Positions 17,367 to 27,330 of a stretch of DNA of 64,000 nt are shown here, one piece after another. This DNA comes from an uncultured Ruminococcus sp. (GTDB lineage: Bacteria; Bacillota; Clostridia; Oscillospirales; Ruminococcaceae): assembly GCA_964458395.1 (NCBI GenBank), contig CAYWIP010000002.1, positions 7,876 through 71,875 on the forward strand, read 5' to 3'. Position 1 is the first letter of the stretch; every line of letters starts with the position of its first letter. Below the pieces are notes generated by a model. It was not told the origin of the DNA and ran no database searches. It was given only the letters and a program-made list of their open reading frames with translations. Both the position numbers and the translations under genes were made by a program.

Positions 17367-18137
17367 ATGTATTATAACAAGGTCGAGATAAGCGGGGTCA
17401 ATACTTCAAAACTGAAGGTGCTCAAGGAAGCGGAAAAAATGGAGCTGCTCAAGCGTGTAAAGCAGGGCGATATGCAGGCGCGCGAGGAACTTATACGCGG
17501 AAATCTGCGGCTCGTGCTGAGCGTTATACAGCGCTTTATGGGCAGGGGAGAGAGTGCGGACGATCTGTTTCAGGTGGGCTGCATAGGACTTATAAAGGCG
17601 ATAGATAACTTCGACATAACACAGCCGGTAAGATTTTCCACGTATGCTGTGCCCATGATTATGGGCGAACTCAGGCGATATCTGCGCGATAATGCTCCGG
17701 TGCGCGTGAGCCGTTCGGTGCGCGATCTCGCGTACAAGGCAATGCAGGCAAAGGAAAAGCTCACAGCCGAAAAGGGCTGCGAGCCGCGCGTTGAGGATAT
17801 TGCCAAGGAAATAGGCGTTCCCAGACAGGACGTTGTTATCGCACTTGAGGCGATAAGCGAGCCTATATCGTTGTACGAGCCCGTGTTCTCGGAGTCGGGC
17901 GATACTATCTATGTTCTCGATCAGCTCGGTGATCACAACGACGATATGAACTGGCTTAACGAGATCTCACTCAAGGAAGCCATCGCCCAGCTCGGGAAGC
18001 GGGAAAAAAGGATCCTCAACCTGCGGTTCTTCCGTGGAAAAACGCAAGTTGAGGTCGCAAAGGAAATTGGAATAAGCCAGGCACAGGTATCAAGATTGGA
18101 AAAGGGCGCGTTAAACAAGATCAAAAACCGAATCTAG
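17367..18137 (+). CDS. sigG: Sporulation sigma factor SigG
   Basis: [49 protein letters not shown]. Confidence 0.96.
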   Translation: MYYNKVEISGVNTSKLKVLKEAEKMELLKRVKQGDMQAREELIRGNLRLVLSVIQRFMGRGESADDLFQVGCIGLIKAIDNFDITQPVRFSTYAVPMIMGELRRYLRDNAPVRVSRSVRDLAYKAMQAKEKLTAEKGCEPRVEDIAKEIGVPRQDVVIALEAISEPISLYEPVFSESGDTIYVLDQLGDHNDDMNWLNEISLKEAIAQLGKREKRILNLRFFRGKTQVEVAKEIGISQAQVSRLEKGALNKIKNRI

Positions 18138-18859
18138 TTGCACACTTTCTCCAGCTCTTCGCGAAGCTGCTTTATAATGCGCTTTTCGAGCCGCGAGATG
18201 TAGCTTTGGGAAATGCCGATCTCGTCGGCGACCTCCTTTTGCGTTTTCTCCTTGCAGCCGTTTAAGCCGAAGCGCATTTCCATTATTTTCTTTTCGCGCT
18301 CGCCGAGGTGATTTACCGCGTCGTGGAGAAGCTGCTTTTCGACCTCCTCCTCGATATGCGAATTAACGCAGTCGTTGTCCGTTCCGAGAACGTCCGAGAG
18401 CAGCAGCTCGTTGCCGTCCCAATCGACGTTCAGCGGCTCGTCTATCGAAATGTCATATCGGTATTGCGAGTACTTCCGCAGATACATCAGAATTTCGTTT
18501 TCGATACAGCGGGAGGCGTAGGTTGCGAGCTTGATGTTTTTGTCGGGGCTGAACGTGTTCACAGCCTTGATAAGCCCCACCGTGCCTATTGAGATCAGAT
18601 CCTCCAGCCATATCCCCGTGTTCTCGAATTTTTTGGCGATGTATACGACCAGCCGCAGATTGTGGATAATAAGCATATCCCGCGCTTTGTCGTAGTCTGT
18701 CTCCATGAGCTTGAACGCGGCTTCTTCCTCTTCCTTGGTGAGCGGCGCGGGGAGCTGCTCCGAACCGTTTATGTAATGAATGTAATTCTCGGCTTTTTTG
18801 GCGAACAATTTGTCCAGCGAAAGCCGTATCTGACGTAAAAGTTTCTTTAGCATAGCCAT
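18134..18859 (-). CDS. sigE: Sporulation sigma factor pro-SigE
   Basis: Basic pro-peptide, [54 protein letters not shown]. Confidence 0.96.
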   Translation of the reverse strand: MAMLKKLLRQIRLSLDKLFAKKAENYIHYINGSEQLPAPLTKEEEEAAFKLMETDYDKARDMLIIHNLRLVVYIAKKFENTGIWLEDLISIGTVGLIKAVNTFSPDKNIKLATYASRCIENEILMYLRKYSQYRYDISIDEPLNVDWDGNELLLSDVLGTDNDCVNSHIEEEVEKQLLHDAVNHLGEREKKIMEMRFGLNGCKEKTQKEVADEIGISQSYISRLEKRIIKQLREELEKVCN

Positions 18860-18869
18860 TCCTCCGTAT

Positions 18870-19697
18870 TTAAATTGAAATTATTTTCGGGTCAAAAATG
18901 CAGTCTATATCGCTTCCGAGCGGATTTTTCGTCACTCCCACAAGCGCGTCAGCCGCTTTTCCGTCAATTAGGATTTTATCCGCCGCGAATATCGGCAGCA
19001 GCGATTCCGAGGTGACCGTCCTGCACGGGATAATGCGCAGTCCGCCGCTTTCGTCGAGCTTTCCGTCCAGAAAATCCAGCGCGTTTTTAGGCGCGATAAC
19101 GGCTATCTTTTCGTATTTGCAGACAATAACGGGCTTTCCGCTGAATATGTCGCACAGCCCGTTTCCCGTATCGCACAGCCCGCGGAGCTGAATTTCCGTG
19201 CCGTTCGCGGAAATTTTCACGCTGCAAATTTTATTGCACCGCAATCTTCGGTCGGCGAAATAACGCACCAGTCTTACCGCGAAATAAGCCGCCGCCGTAA
19301 ACGCCGCGACCGCCGCAAGCGGAATGTTGAAGTACGCCACGCCGTTCCCGAAAACCATTCCGTAGGGCGCGCAGAACGTCCACAGCGCGGTCATAAGCCC
19401 CGCGTAAACGAAGCTCACCAGCAGAAAAAACAGCGCGCACACCGCAAAATCAACAGGCTTCTGCCTGCCGAACGCCGCGAACGTGATAAGCGCTCCGAGC
19501 GCGATCTTTTCCAAAGCAATAATGAAAAACGGCAGTTCGGGCAGCAGTATCACAAGCGAACCCGCCGCTCCGACAGCCGCCGCGAGCAGACAGCGCCTTG
19601 ACGAAACGCTCCGCCGCATAACGAGCGCGCTTGACCTTATCAGAAAGTAATTTATGTACAAATTCAGTATAATCAAAACGTCAATGTAGACCGTCAT
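18870..19697 (-). CDS. spoIIGA: Pro-SigE processing aspartic protease
   Basis: MTVYIDV, N-terminal TMs, catalytic DTGN; directly upstream of sigE. Confidence 0.93.
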   Translation of the reverse strand: MTVYIDVLIILNLYINYFLIRSSALVMRRSVSSRRCLLAAAVGAAGSLVILLPELPFFIIALEKIALGALITFAAFGRQKPVDFAVCALFFLLVSFVYAGLMTALWTFCAPYGMVFGNGVAYFNIPLAAVAAFTAAAYFAVRLVRYFADRRLRCNKICSVKISANGTEIQLRGLCDTGNGLCDIFSGKPVIVCKYEKIAVIAPKNALDFLDGKLDESGGLRIIPCRTVTSESLLPIFAADKILIDGKAADALVGVTKNPLGSDIDCIFDPKIISI

Positions 19698-19728
19698 TTA
19701 TTTTCACCACCGCCTCGCTTGTACTTTA

Positions 19729-19790
19729 ATTATAATTCAAAACGGGCAAAAAATATGCCGAATTCGGTCGTCGAATTCGGCATTTTTTAT
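19729..19790 (-). promoter_or_regulatory. Spo0A-type spoIIG promoter; 0A boxes lie inside a hairpin that also resembles the prfC terminator
   Basis: TATAAT (19729-19734, minus) 21 nt from a TGCCGAA box; palindrome atgccgaattcg-gtcgt-cgaattcggcat flanked by A/T runs. Confidence 0.65.
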
Positions 19791-19838
19791 TTGATTTTTA
19801 AATTATTCTGTCGCAAGCAAGGGAATTCCGCCGCGCGG

Positions 19839-21443
19839 TCAGTCTCGGTTGAATTCCGCGAGCTCCAGACCCTCGTTTTTATCGAGAGCCCATTTGATGT
19901 TCCATTCGCTCGTGAAAATCAGCAGATAGTTGCCCTTTACGTCCTGAATGAGTTTGGTGTCCGAGGTGAGTATCAGCTTGCGAAGCTCGTCCAAGCCCCC
20001 CTCAAGGTGCTTTTCGCTCGTTATCCAGCGGATATATTCGTAGGATAAGTCCTCGCGGATAATGTCAACGTTGTACTCGTTTTTAAGACGGTACTCCAGA
20101 ACCTCGAATTGCAGCACTCCGACAACGCCTACAATGACCTCCTCGAAACCGCTCTGCGGCTCGGAGAATATCTGTATCGCGCCCTCCTGAGCGATCTGCG
20201 TAGTGCCCTTGATGAACTGCTTGCGCTTTAACGTGTCCTTTTGTCGGATACGCGCGAAATGCTCCGGCGCGAACGTCGGTATGCCCTCGAAAATTACCTT
20301 GCTCTTGGGCGCGCATACGGTGTCGCCGATCGAGAAAACTCCCGGGTCGAATACGCCCATAATATCGCCCGCATACGCCTCCTGAATGACCTCGCGGTCA
20401 TTCGCCATTATCTGCTGCGGCTGCGACAGGCGCATTACGCGGTTGTTCTGAACGTGCAACACCTCCATATCCTTGTCGAACTTTCCGCTGACGATACGCA
20501 TAAACGCGATCCTGTCGCGGTGCGCTTTGTTCATATTCGCCTGTATCTTGAAGATGAATGCCGAGAAGTTATCGTCAAACGGGTCGACAATACCGCCCTC
20601 GGTGGTACGGGGGAGGGGAGGAGTCGTCATTTTCAGAAAGTTCTCGAGGAACGGCTCAACACCGAAATTCGTGAGCGCCGACCCGAAGAAAACGGGCGAG
20701 AGCTTTCCGTTGTTGACAAGCTCCGCGTCGAATTCCTCCGAAGCGCCGTCAAGAAGCTCCACGTCCTCGCGGAGCGTGTTGTAATTGGTTTGCCCGATAA
20801 GCTCCGCGAGATTTTCGTCGTTCAGATCGACCTCGGTTTTCGCGACCTCGCGCGAGCCGTTGTTCGCCTCAAACGAGATTATGTGACGGTTTTCGCGGTC
20901 GTAAACGCCCTTGAATTCCTTGCCCGAACCGATAGGCCAGTTGACGGGATAGGTCTTTATTCCAAGCTCGTTTTCAATTTCTTCCAATAGATCGAATGGA
21001 TTGCGGCTCTCGCGGTCCATTTTGTTGATGAACGTGAAGATCGGGATATTCCGCAGTGTGCAAACCTTGAACAGCTTGCGCGTCTGGTTCTCGACGCCCT
21101 TTGCCGCGTCGATGACCATTACCGCTGAATCCGCCGCCATAAGCGTGCGGTAGGTGTCTTCTGAGAAGTCCTGATGTCCCGGCGTGTCAAGAATGTTTAT
21201 GCAGTAGCCCTCGTAGTTGAACTGCATAACCGACGAGGTAACGGAGATTCCGCGCTGCTTCTCAATTTCCATCCAGTCAGAGGTCGCGTGACGCGCGTTC
21301 TTTTTGCCCTTGACCGCGCCTGCCAGCGAGATAGCTCCGCCGTAGAGCAGGAACTTCTCCGTGAGCGTAGTCTTACCCGCGTCGGGATGAGAGATTATCG
21401 CAAAGGTTCTTCGCCTTTCGATTTCATGCTTTAAATCAGCCAT
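19839..21443 (-). CDS. prfC: Peptide chain release factor 3
   Basis: RRTFAIISHPDAGKTT, DWMEIEKQRGIS, DTPGH, NKMD. Confidence 0.97.
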   Translation of the reverse strand: MADLKHEIERRRTFAIISHPDAGKTTLTEKFLLYGGAISLAGAVKGKKNARHATSDWMEIEKQRGISVTSSVMQFNYEGYCINILDTPGHQDFSEDTYRTLMAADSAVMVIDAAKGVENQTRKLFKVCTLRNIPIFTFINKMDRESRNPFDLLEEIENELGIKTYPVNWPIGSGKEFKGVYDRENRHIISFEANNGSREVAKTEVDLNDENLAELIGQTNYNTLREDVELLDGASEEFDAELVNNGKLSPVFFGSALTNFGVEPFLENFLKMTTPPLPRTTEGGIVDPFDDNFSAFIFKIQANMNKAHRDRIAFMRIVSGKFDKDMEVLHVQNNRVMRLSQPQQIMANDREVIQEAYAGDIMGVFDPGVFSIGDTVCAPKSKVIFEGIPTFAPEHFARIRQKDTLKRKQFIKGTTQIAQEGAIQIFSEPQSGFEEVIVGVVGVLQFEVLEYRLKNEYNVDIIREDLSYEYIRWITSEKHLEGGLDELRKLILTSDTKLIQDVKGNYLLIFTSEWNIKWALDKNEGLELAEFNRD

Positions 21444-21519
21444 TTGTTGTTCTTCCTTTGTATTTTATCGTTTCGGCAGTCGGTTCGTTCTACATCTTGA
21501 TTTCTCCCGTCGTTTATCG

Positions 21520-22635
21520 TTATTCGGATTTACCGTGCTCTTTTGTGAGCGACTGTTCCATATTATACATATTTTCTTTCATTTCAAGGTCGGTAGGCTC
21601 GTCAATGCCCTTGTTTTTGAGAGTGAGCATAAAGCCCATTCCCACAAGTATCGGCAGATAGAACGTGAAAATTCTCCACAGCATAGTCGAAACACCCGTA
21701 TACGACCCGAACATATCCTTAAAAAATCCCGCGTAGCCAAGCTCCGCCGCGCCCATAGCTCCGGGCAGCGGAATAAACGACGAGATCATCAGCACATAAG
21801 CCTGATAGGAGATTATTTTCAGCAGGCTTTCCCCCTCCAGCCCGAAGCCGCGGTACAGCACATAGGAAATGCTCAGGTAAAGCGTGAGCTGAATAAACGT
21901 GAAAAAGCAGGACTTCACTATCACCCATACGTTCTTTTTGAGGAACTTGAAATTCTCGTGGAACTTGTTGACCTCGCGCGTGAAGTACAGCCGCCAGTGC
22001 ATGGGATTCTTTACGATATGCATTTTCGTGAGCAGCGTGATTATTCCGTTCGCCGCCTTGACCGTGCCGTTTTTCCAGAGCGCAATGCTCAGCAGGAACA
22101 CGATGACCGCCGTGTTGATAACGAAGCCGATAAGTACGAACGGCATAAGCCCCTTTGCGGAGAGGTCGTCGCCAAACTGATTGAACCCTACGGCGAGAGT
22201 AAACACCGAATATACCGTCAGCACGAACTGATAGACGATAAACCGCGACAGCAGCGCCGTAAGCCCCGCCCCGAGCGGCACGCCGAACTGCACGAAGTAA
22301 TACGCCTGCATAGGCTGACCGCCCGACGCGCAGGGAGTTATGCAGTTGAAATACTGTCCGATTATGGTATCAAGCCATGTGTGCCAAAATTTCGCCTTGG
22401 GGTGAAGCGGTTTCAAAATCGCGTGTATAGTCGCACTCTCGCAGAGCCAATACCCGACCATAAATAAAATGCACACAATGAGAAATATCGGGTTGATATT
22501 CCGCAGAGCGTTCAGCACGTTCTCGAGCTTGTCCACAAACAGCAGATAAACGATCATCACAATGAACGCTATGCCGCATATTATCAGATTTAATTTGTTG
22601 CTTTTTTTCTTTTTGGGTTTATTGGTTTTAGTCAT
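21520..22635 (-). CDS. Lysylphosphatidylglycerol synthase TM-region (UPF0104/flippase-like) protein
   Basis: FNCITPCASGGQP, PLPGAMGAAE, LWRIFTFY; GGAG RBS. Confidence 0.88.
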   Translation of the reverse strand: MTKTNKPKKKKSNKLNLIICGIAFIVMIVYLLFVDKLENVLNALRNINPIFLIVCILFMVGYWLCESATIHAILKPLHPKAKFWHTWLDTIIGQYFNCITPCASGGQPMQAYYFVQFGVPLGAGLTALLSRFIVYQFVLTVYSVFTLAVGFNQFGDDLSAKGLMPFVLIGFVINTAVIVFLLSIALWKNGTVKAANGIITLLTKMHIVKNPMHWRLYFTREVNKFHENFKFLKKNVWVIVKSCFFTFIQLTLYLSISYVLYRGFGLEGESLLKIISYQAYVLMISSFIPLPGAMGAAELGYAGFFKDMFGSYTGVSTMLWRIFTFYLPILVGMGFMLTLKNKGIDEPTDLEMKENMYNMEQSLTKEHGKSE

Positions 22636-22673
22636 ATTAACAATACTCCATTTTTCCGCCACATACATTATCT

Positions 22674-22802
22674 ATTATAACGGAATTCGCCGCCGTTGTC
22701 AAGATATTTTTTTATGCTTTCCGTAATATATGACGAATGAGTGAGAAAATTTTCAATTTTTATAATATAAAACTTGACAATTTGCCGTAATAGTGGTATA
22801 AT
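22674..22802. promoter_or_regulatory. Divergent consensus SigA promoters (flippase-like gene and aspS)
   Basis: Minus TTGACA-17-TATAAT (about 22674-22702); plus TTGACA-17-TATAAT (22774-22802). Confidence 0.8.
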
Positions 22803-22891
22803 AAATTGTTAATACAATAATCCGAAATTATCGGAGCTTCTAAATATTGTATATTTTGTCACTATTTTGAAATAAATAACCGTAAAGGTTA

Positions 22892-24685
22892 GTGAAAGGG
22901 TTGAATATTGTGTTCAGAGAAAATGAATACCGTACGCAATACTGCAACGCGGTGAGCGAAAAGGATATCGGGAAAAAGGTTCGCGCGGCGGGCTGGGTCG
23001 AGAATATCCGCGACCATGGCGGAATTATGTTCGTCGATCTGCGCGACCACTACGGTCAGGTTCAGATCGTGTTCCATAACGAGGCGCTGCTCGAGGGTAT
23101 CCACAAGGAGTGCGCGGTGTCGATCGCGGGTACGGTCTTGAAGCGCGACGAGAGCACCTACAACGACAAGATCGAAACCGGTACGGTCGAGATCGAGGCG
23201 GAGGAAGTGCGTATACTCGGTAAGGTGTCCGAGCAGCTTCCGTTTGAGGTGGACGAATCCCGCAAGACCAAGGAAGATTTGCGACTGAAATACCGCTATC
23301 TTGACTTGCGCAACAGAAAAATGCATGATAATATTATCTTCCGTTCGCAGGTGATCTCGTTTTTAAGAAACAAAATGACCGAAATGGGCTTTCTGGAGCT
23401 GCAGACTCCAATTCTGTCCACATCTTCTCCCGAGGGCGCGCGCGACTACCTTATCCCCAGCCGCAAGCATCACGGAAAGTTCTACGCGCTGCCGCAGGCT
23501 CCGCAGATTTTCAAGCAGATCTACATGGTGTCGGGATTTGACAAGTATTTCCAGATAGCGCCGTGTTTCCGCGACGAGGACGCGCGCGCCGACCGTTCGC
23601 CGGGCGAGTTCTATCAGCTTGATTTCGAGATGTCGTTCGCGACGCAGGAGGACGTTTTCGCGGTTGCCGAGGAGGTTCTTTCGGAAACGTTCGCGAAGTT
23701 CTCCGATAAGAAAGTAAGCTCCGCGCCGTTCCGCAGAATCCCGTATGAGGAGGCAATGCTTACCTACGGCACGGATAAGCCCGATCTGCGCAACCCGCTT
23801 GTTATCAAGGAACTGTCCGACCTGTTCGTCGACAGCGATTTCAAGCCGTTCTGCAACAAGACTGTCCGCGGAATACGCGTTCCGAAAATGGCGGGTCAGT
23901 CCAAGAGCTTCTTCAAGAATATGGAGGACTTCGCGACTACCGAGGTCGGCATGAAAGGCTTGGGCTACTTCAAGGTCGAGGAGGGCGAGGACGGCAGAAA
24001 GTTCAAGTACAACGGTCCTATCGACAAGTTCCTCAACGACGAACAGCGCGACGAGCTTGCAAAGCGCTGTGAGCTGGAGATCGGCGACGTGCTGTACTTT
24101 ATCGCCGATACCGCGAAGAACGCGCCGAAGTTCGCGGGGCAGATACGCACCGAGGTCGCAAAGCGTATGAACCTTATCGACGAGAGCCGCTTCGAGTTGT
24201 GCTTTATCGTTGATTTCCCGATGTACGAGCTTGACGAGGAAACCGGGAAGATCATCTTCACGCATAATCCGTTTTCCATGCCGCAGGGCGGTCTGGACGC
24301 GCTGATGAATAAGGATCCTCTCGACATTCTTGCGTATCAGTATGATATCGTCTGCAACGGAGTTGAGTTGTCGTCGGGCGCTGTCCGCAACCACGATCTG
24401 GACATAATGATAAAGGCGTTCGAGATCGCAGGCTACACCGAGGAGGACGTTGCAAGCAAGTTCGGAGCGCTGTATAACGCGTTCAAGTTCGGAGCGCCGC
24501 CTCACGCCGGAATGGCGCCGGGCGTGGACAGAATGATAATGCTCCTCACGGGTGAGGAGAGCATACGCGAGATAATCGCGTTCCCGCTCAACTCCAACGC
24601 GCAGGATCTGCTTCTCGGAGCGCCCACCGAGGTCACCGAGCAGCAGCTCCGCGAGGTTCATATCAAGGTCCGCAAGCAGATGTGA
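22892..24685 (+). CDS. aspS: Aspartate--tRNA ligase, probably non-discriminating; true start may be a few codons downstream
   Basis: RDHGG, YRYLDLR, PEGARD, CFRDED, PPHAGMAPGVDR. Confidence 0.96.
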   Translation: MKGLNIVFRENEYRTQYCNAVSEKDIGKKVRAAGWVENIRDHGGIMFVDLRDHYGQVQIVFHNEALLEGIHKECAVSIAGTVLKRDESTYNDKIETGTVEIEAEEVRILGKVSEQLPFEVDESRKTKEDLRLKYRYLDLRNRKMHDNIIFRSQVISFLRNKMTEMGFLELQTPILSTSSPEGARDYLIPSRKHHGKFYALPQAPQIFKQIYMVSGFDKYFQIAPCFRDEDARADRSPGEFYQLDFEMSFATQEDVFAVAEEVLSETFAKFSDKKVSSAPFRRIPYEEAMLTYGTDKPDLRNPLVIKELSDLFVDSDFKPFCNKTVRGIRVPKMAGQSKSFFKNMEDFATTEVGMKGLGYFKVEEGEDGRKFKYNGPIDKFLNDEQRDELAKRCELEIGDVLYFIADTAKNAPKFAGQIRTEVAKRMNLIDESRFELCFIVDFPMYELDEETGKIIFTHNPFSMPQGGLDALMNKDPLDILAYQYDIVCNGVELSSGAVRNHDLDIMIKAFEIAGYTEEDVASKFGALYNAFKFGAPPHAGMAPGVDRMIMLLTGEESIREIIAFPLNSNAQDLLLGAPTEVTEQQLREVHIKVRKQM

Positions 24686-24703
24686 TCCGGTTTAGAAATA
24701 TTC

Positions 24704-24746
24704 AAACACGCTTACAGCAGACATGATGCCGTAAGCGTGTTTTTTC
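24704..24746 (+). terminator. Terminator after aspS
   Basis: aaacacgcttac...gtaagcgtgttt plus T run. Confidence 0.7.
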
Positions 24747-24767
24747 TTGAAAAAAAACAAAAAAGTC

Positions 24768-24797
24768 CGTAACATTTTTGGAAAATCAGTGTCTATA
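24768..24797 (+). promoter_or_regulatory. Probable autoregulatory ECF promoter
   Basis: CGTAAC...GTCTA upstream of the ECF gene. Confidence 0.55.
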
Positions 24798-24848
24798 GTA
24801 GTGAGAGGAAAACCTTTCAAGTATGCGCGTATTTTAAGGGAGATTAGG

Positions 24849-25397
24849 ATGAGCGAGGAGAAGCTGTTTAAAGCGCTCAGCGGCGGCGATGTAAAAGCGC
24901 TTGAAAAGATCATGAAGAAATATTCGGGATACGTCTGCACCGTAGCACGGAATTTCTCGCGCGGTGCGCTTTCCGAGGAGGATATCGACGAAATTTCCGT
25001 TGAGGTTTTTTATAGGTTGTGGAGCTGCCGTCGGAATCTCGAAATAAAGGTCGGTCTGTCGGCGTATTTGTCGGCAGCCGCGAGAAACGCCGTTAAAAAC
25101 CGCTTCAGAAATCTCCCGCCGCCGTATGAGGATATCACGGAGCTTGAGATATCGTCCGATTTTCTTGTCGAGGACAAAGCGGAGCTTTCAATTATGACGG
25201 AGTGCCTGAATGAGGGTATCGATCGGCTTTCAGCGAGGGATCGCGAGATATTTCTGCGTTTCTACCTTTACGGCGAAAAGTCCTCTCAGATCGCGAACGC
25301 GATGAACATATCCGAAAGCATGGTGCGGACAAATCTTCACCGCACCAGAGATAAGCTGAAAAAATTTATGAGCGAAAGGGGTTACGATCATGTTTGA
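24849..25397 (+). CDS. ECF sigma-70 factor
   Basis: Regions 2 and 4.2 only: EDIDEISVEVFYRLW, YLSAAARN, IANAMNISESMVRTNLHR. Confidence 0.9.
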   Translation: MSEEKLFKALSGGDVKALEKIMKKYSGYVCTVARNFSRGALSEEDIDEISVEVFYRLWSCRRNLEIKVGLSAYLSAAARNAVKNRFRNLPPPYEDITELEISSDFLVEDKAELSIMTECLNEGIDRLSARDREIFLRFYLYGEKSSQIANAMNISESMVRTNLHRTRDKLKKFMSERGYDHV

Positions 25398-26220
25398 CGA
25401 ATTTTTGAGGAGCTGCCCTCCCGAGGACGAAATAAAGCCATCAAAAAAGCGTATCGGAAAAAATATCGCAGCCGTAAGGTCGCTTATCGAAACGGAGGAG
25501 AGCAATATGACAAAACGCAGATTCAAAGCAAAGCCGCTGATAATCGCGGCTGCGGTAATAATTTTCTCGGCGGCTTCGCTCTTTACGGTCAACGCGGCTA
25601 TGCAGGGGGCTGTGGTCAGGTTCTTTATGGGCGGCGAGGAGATCGAGGGCGAATATTACGATTACGTTGACGGAAACGGTTACCGCCGGGTTTCGTTCGG
25701 GGCGGTCATGCCTATGGACGAGCAGAATTTCGCGATAATCTACGACGTAGACGCGCCGCGCGAGGAGGCTGTGCGCGTCCTCACCGAGGAAACCGATCCC
25801 GACTTTTTTGAAAAACTCCGTCTGTACATGGACGCGGGGGATAAGTTCTGGGAGGAAAAAGACGCATGGCTTGAAGAACACGGCGTTACTCAGGAGGATA
25901 TCAGAGATCCTGATTCGGAGTACAATAAATCCACGGAACTTGACATGGAATTCAGTCTTACTCATCCCTCTCCCAAGTCCGAGGATTTTGGGCTTGTTTT
26001 TAAGGACAGCGAGCTTTGCTCATTCCACTATGACCGAATTGTAAAGGGAGTGCAGCAAATTGGCGGCGGTCATTTGGGCGGAAAATTCATGCACATCGGA
26101 GCCGCCGAGGGAATGCCCTCGGGAAGCGGCAGCGATGATCCCGACGCGGGTCTCTACGATTGGGATAATGAAACCATTACTTACAAGGAAGCGTTTTATT
26201 ACTATGTAGGCAAAGAGTGA
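25390..26220 (+). CDS. Probable single-TM anti-sigma factor with acidic extracytoplasmic domain
   Basis: Overlaps ECF stop; basic patch followed by a TM (PLIIAAAVIIFSAASLF). Confidence 0.7.
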   Translation: MFDEFLRSCPPEDEIKPSKKRIGKNIAAVRSLIETEESNMTKRRFKAKPLIIAAAVIIFSAASLFTVNAAMQGAVVRFFMGGEEIEGEYYDYVDGNGYRRVSFGAVMPMDEQNFAIIYDVDAPREEAVRVLTEETDPDFFEKLRLYMDAGDKFWEEKDAWLEEHGVTQEDIRDPDSEYNKSTELDMEFSLTHPSPKSEDFGLVFKDSELCSFHYDRIVKGVQQIGGGHLGGKFMHIGAAEGMPSGSGSDDPDAGLYDWDNETITYKEAFYYYVGKE

Positions 26221-26249
26221 TTCCCGGCGCTTGCCGCTCAAAAAATAAA

Positions 26250-26278
26250 CGGCGCTGTTATTTGCCATAACAGCGCCG
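26250..26278. terminator. Strong hairpin after the anti-sigma gene
   Basis: cggcgctgttat-ttgcc-ataacagcgccg. Confidence 0.55.
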
Positions 26279-26279
26279 C

Positions 26280-26480
26280 AAACTGTCGAAAAAACAATTC
26301 CGTAAGGGAAGTGTGGTATAAAGTTAAGGGGTAAAAGAGAAACGGTGAGAAAACCTGCAGAAAAGGAATTTGAAAGCAGGCTCCCCGAAATCTGCGACGG
26401 CGCTCAGAAACGCTATACGTGTTATCTGCGAATAAGCGACCGCCGTTTCGGGGAGGATTTTACGTTTCGTAAAAAACCTC
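26280..26480. other. Structured non-coding element / possible MITE or IS-end remnant
   Basis: Starts aaactgtcgaaaaa; long stem ctccccgaaa..acggcg / cgccgtttcggggag; hairpin gagg-ttttacg-ttt-cgtaaaa-cctc. Confidence 0.45.
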
Positions 26481-26491
26481 CGTATAAACGC

Positions 26492-26520
26492 TTGACCTTT
26501 CGTGAAATTTGTGGTACAAT
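26492..26520 (+). promoter_or_regulatory. SigA promoter of the HAD-recO-mutS2 operon
   Basis: TTGACC-17-TACAAT with TG extension. Confidence 0.7.
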
Positions 26521-26557
26521 AAACTAACGTACCGCGAATGTAACGAAAGGATTTTTT

Positions 26558-27328
26558 ATGCTTGCGTATAAACTGATAGTGCTTGACCTTGACGGCACTT
26601 TGCTCAACTCGAAAAAGGAGATATCCGCGGGTAATCTCGCAGCGCTGAAGAGGGCACGTGAGGGCGGCGCTCTTATCGCGTTTTCGACGGCACGTTCGGC
26701 GGGCGCGATGAGGGAGTACATAGCCGCCGTGCAGCCCGATATTCTCATATCGAACGGCGGAGCGCTGGTCGAGCGGGGCGGCGAGGTTCTGTTCAGCAGG
26801 CAGCTTTCCGCCGAGAGCGTGCGGCATATTATCAATCGGTGCTTCAGGCTGTCGGACAGCAAGTGCGAGATAACCATAGAAACCGACCGCGGCTACTTCT
26901 GGAACTACAAGCCGGACTGCGATTTTTCATGGTACGAGGCTGTTGATAATGTGATTTATGACGATTTTTCGGATTTCCGTCAATCCGCCTACAAGGTAAC
27001 GGCAGAGGTGGAGCGCGAGGAGGACGCGCGGAAGATCGCCGCCGAAATTCACGGCTGCGGAACGCTCTCGTTTCGCGGCGAGATCTGGCGGAGGTTCGCG
27101 CATATCGAGGCGACTAAGCGTAACGCGCTGGAGCATATCTGCGGTGAACTGCAAATTCAGCCAAAGGAAATTCTGGCGTTCGGCGACGACCGCAACGATC
27201 TTGAAATGCTGGAATACTGCACGGGCGTGGCAATGGGGAACGCTCTGGACGAGGTGAAATCGGCGGCGGAGTTCGTCACCGATACCAATGACAACGACGG
27301 CGTGGCGAAGTTTATTGAGAAAATTTAG
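26558..27328 (+). CDS. Cof-type HAD-IIB hydrolase
   Basis: DLDGTLL, STAR, SNGG, AFGDDRND. Confidence 0.92.
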   Translation: MLAYKLIVLDLDGTLLNSKKEISAGNLAALKRAREGGALIAFSTARSAGAMREYIAAVQPDILISNGGALVERGGEVLFSRQLSAESVRHIINRCFRLSDSKCEITIETDRGYFWNYKPDCDFSWYEAVDNVIYDDFSDFRQSAYKVTAEVEREEDARKIAAEIHGCGTLSFRGEIWRRFAHIEATKRNALEHICGELQIQPKEILAFGDDRNDLEMLEYCTGVAMGNALDEVKSAAEFVTDTNDNDGVAKFIEKI

Positions 27329-27330
27329 AG

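Noticed and set aside
19719-20048. ORF on + strand between spoIIGA and prfC
   Set aside because: Overlaps the promoter/terminator region and runs antisense to prfC; no RBS
24747-24848. Upstream extensions of ORF-track starts (also at 369, 8057, 14839, 31278, 38705, 50357, 56034, 58132)
   Set aside because: They run through promoters, terminators or leaders; downstream starts have the RBS and match family N-termini
26345-26527. 60-aa ORF as a transposase fragment or small protein
   Set aside because: No recognisable transposase motif, weak RBS, and it runs through hairpins and the next promoter
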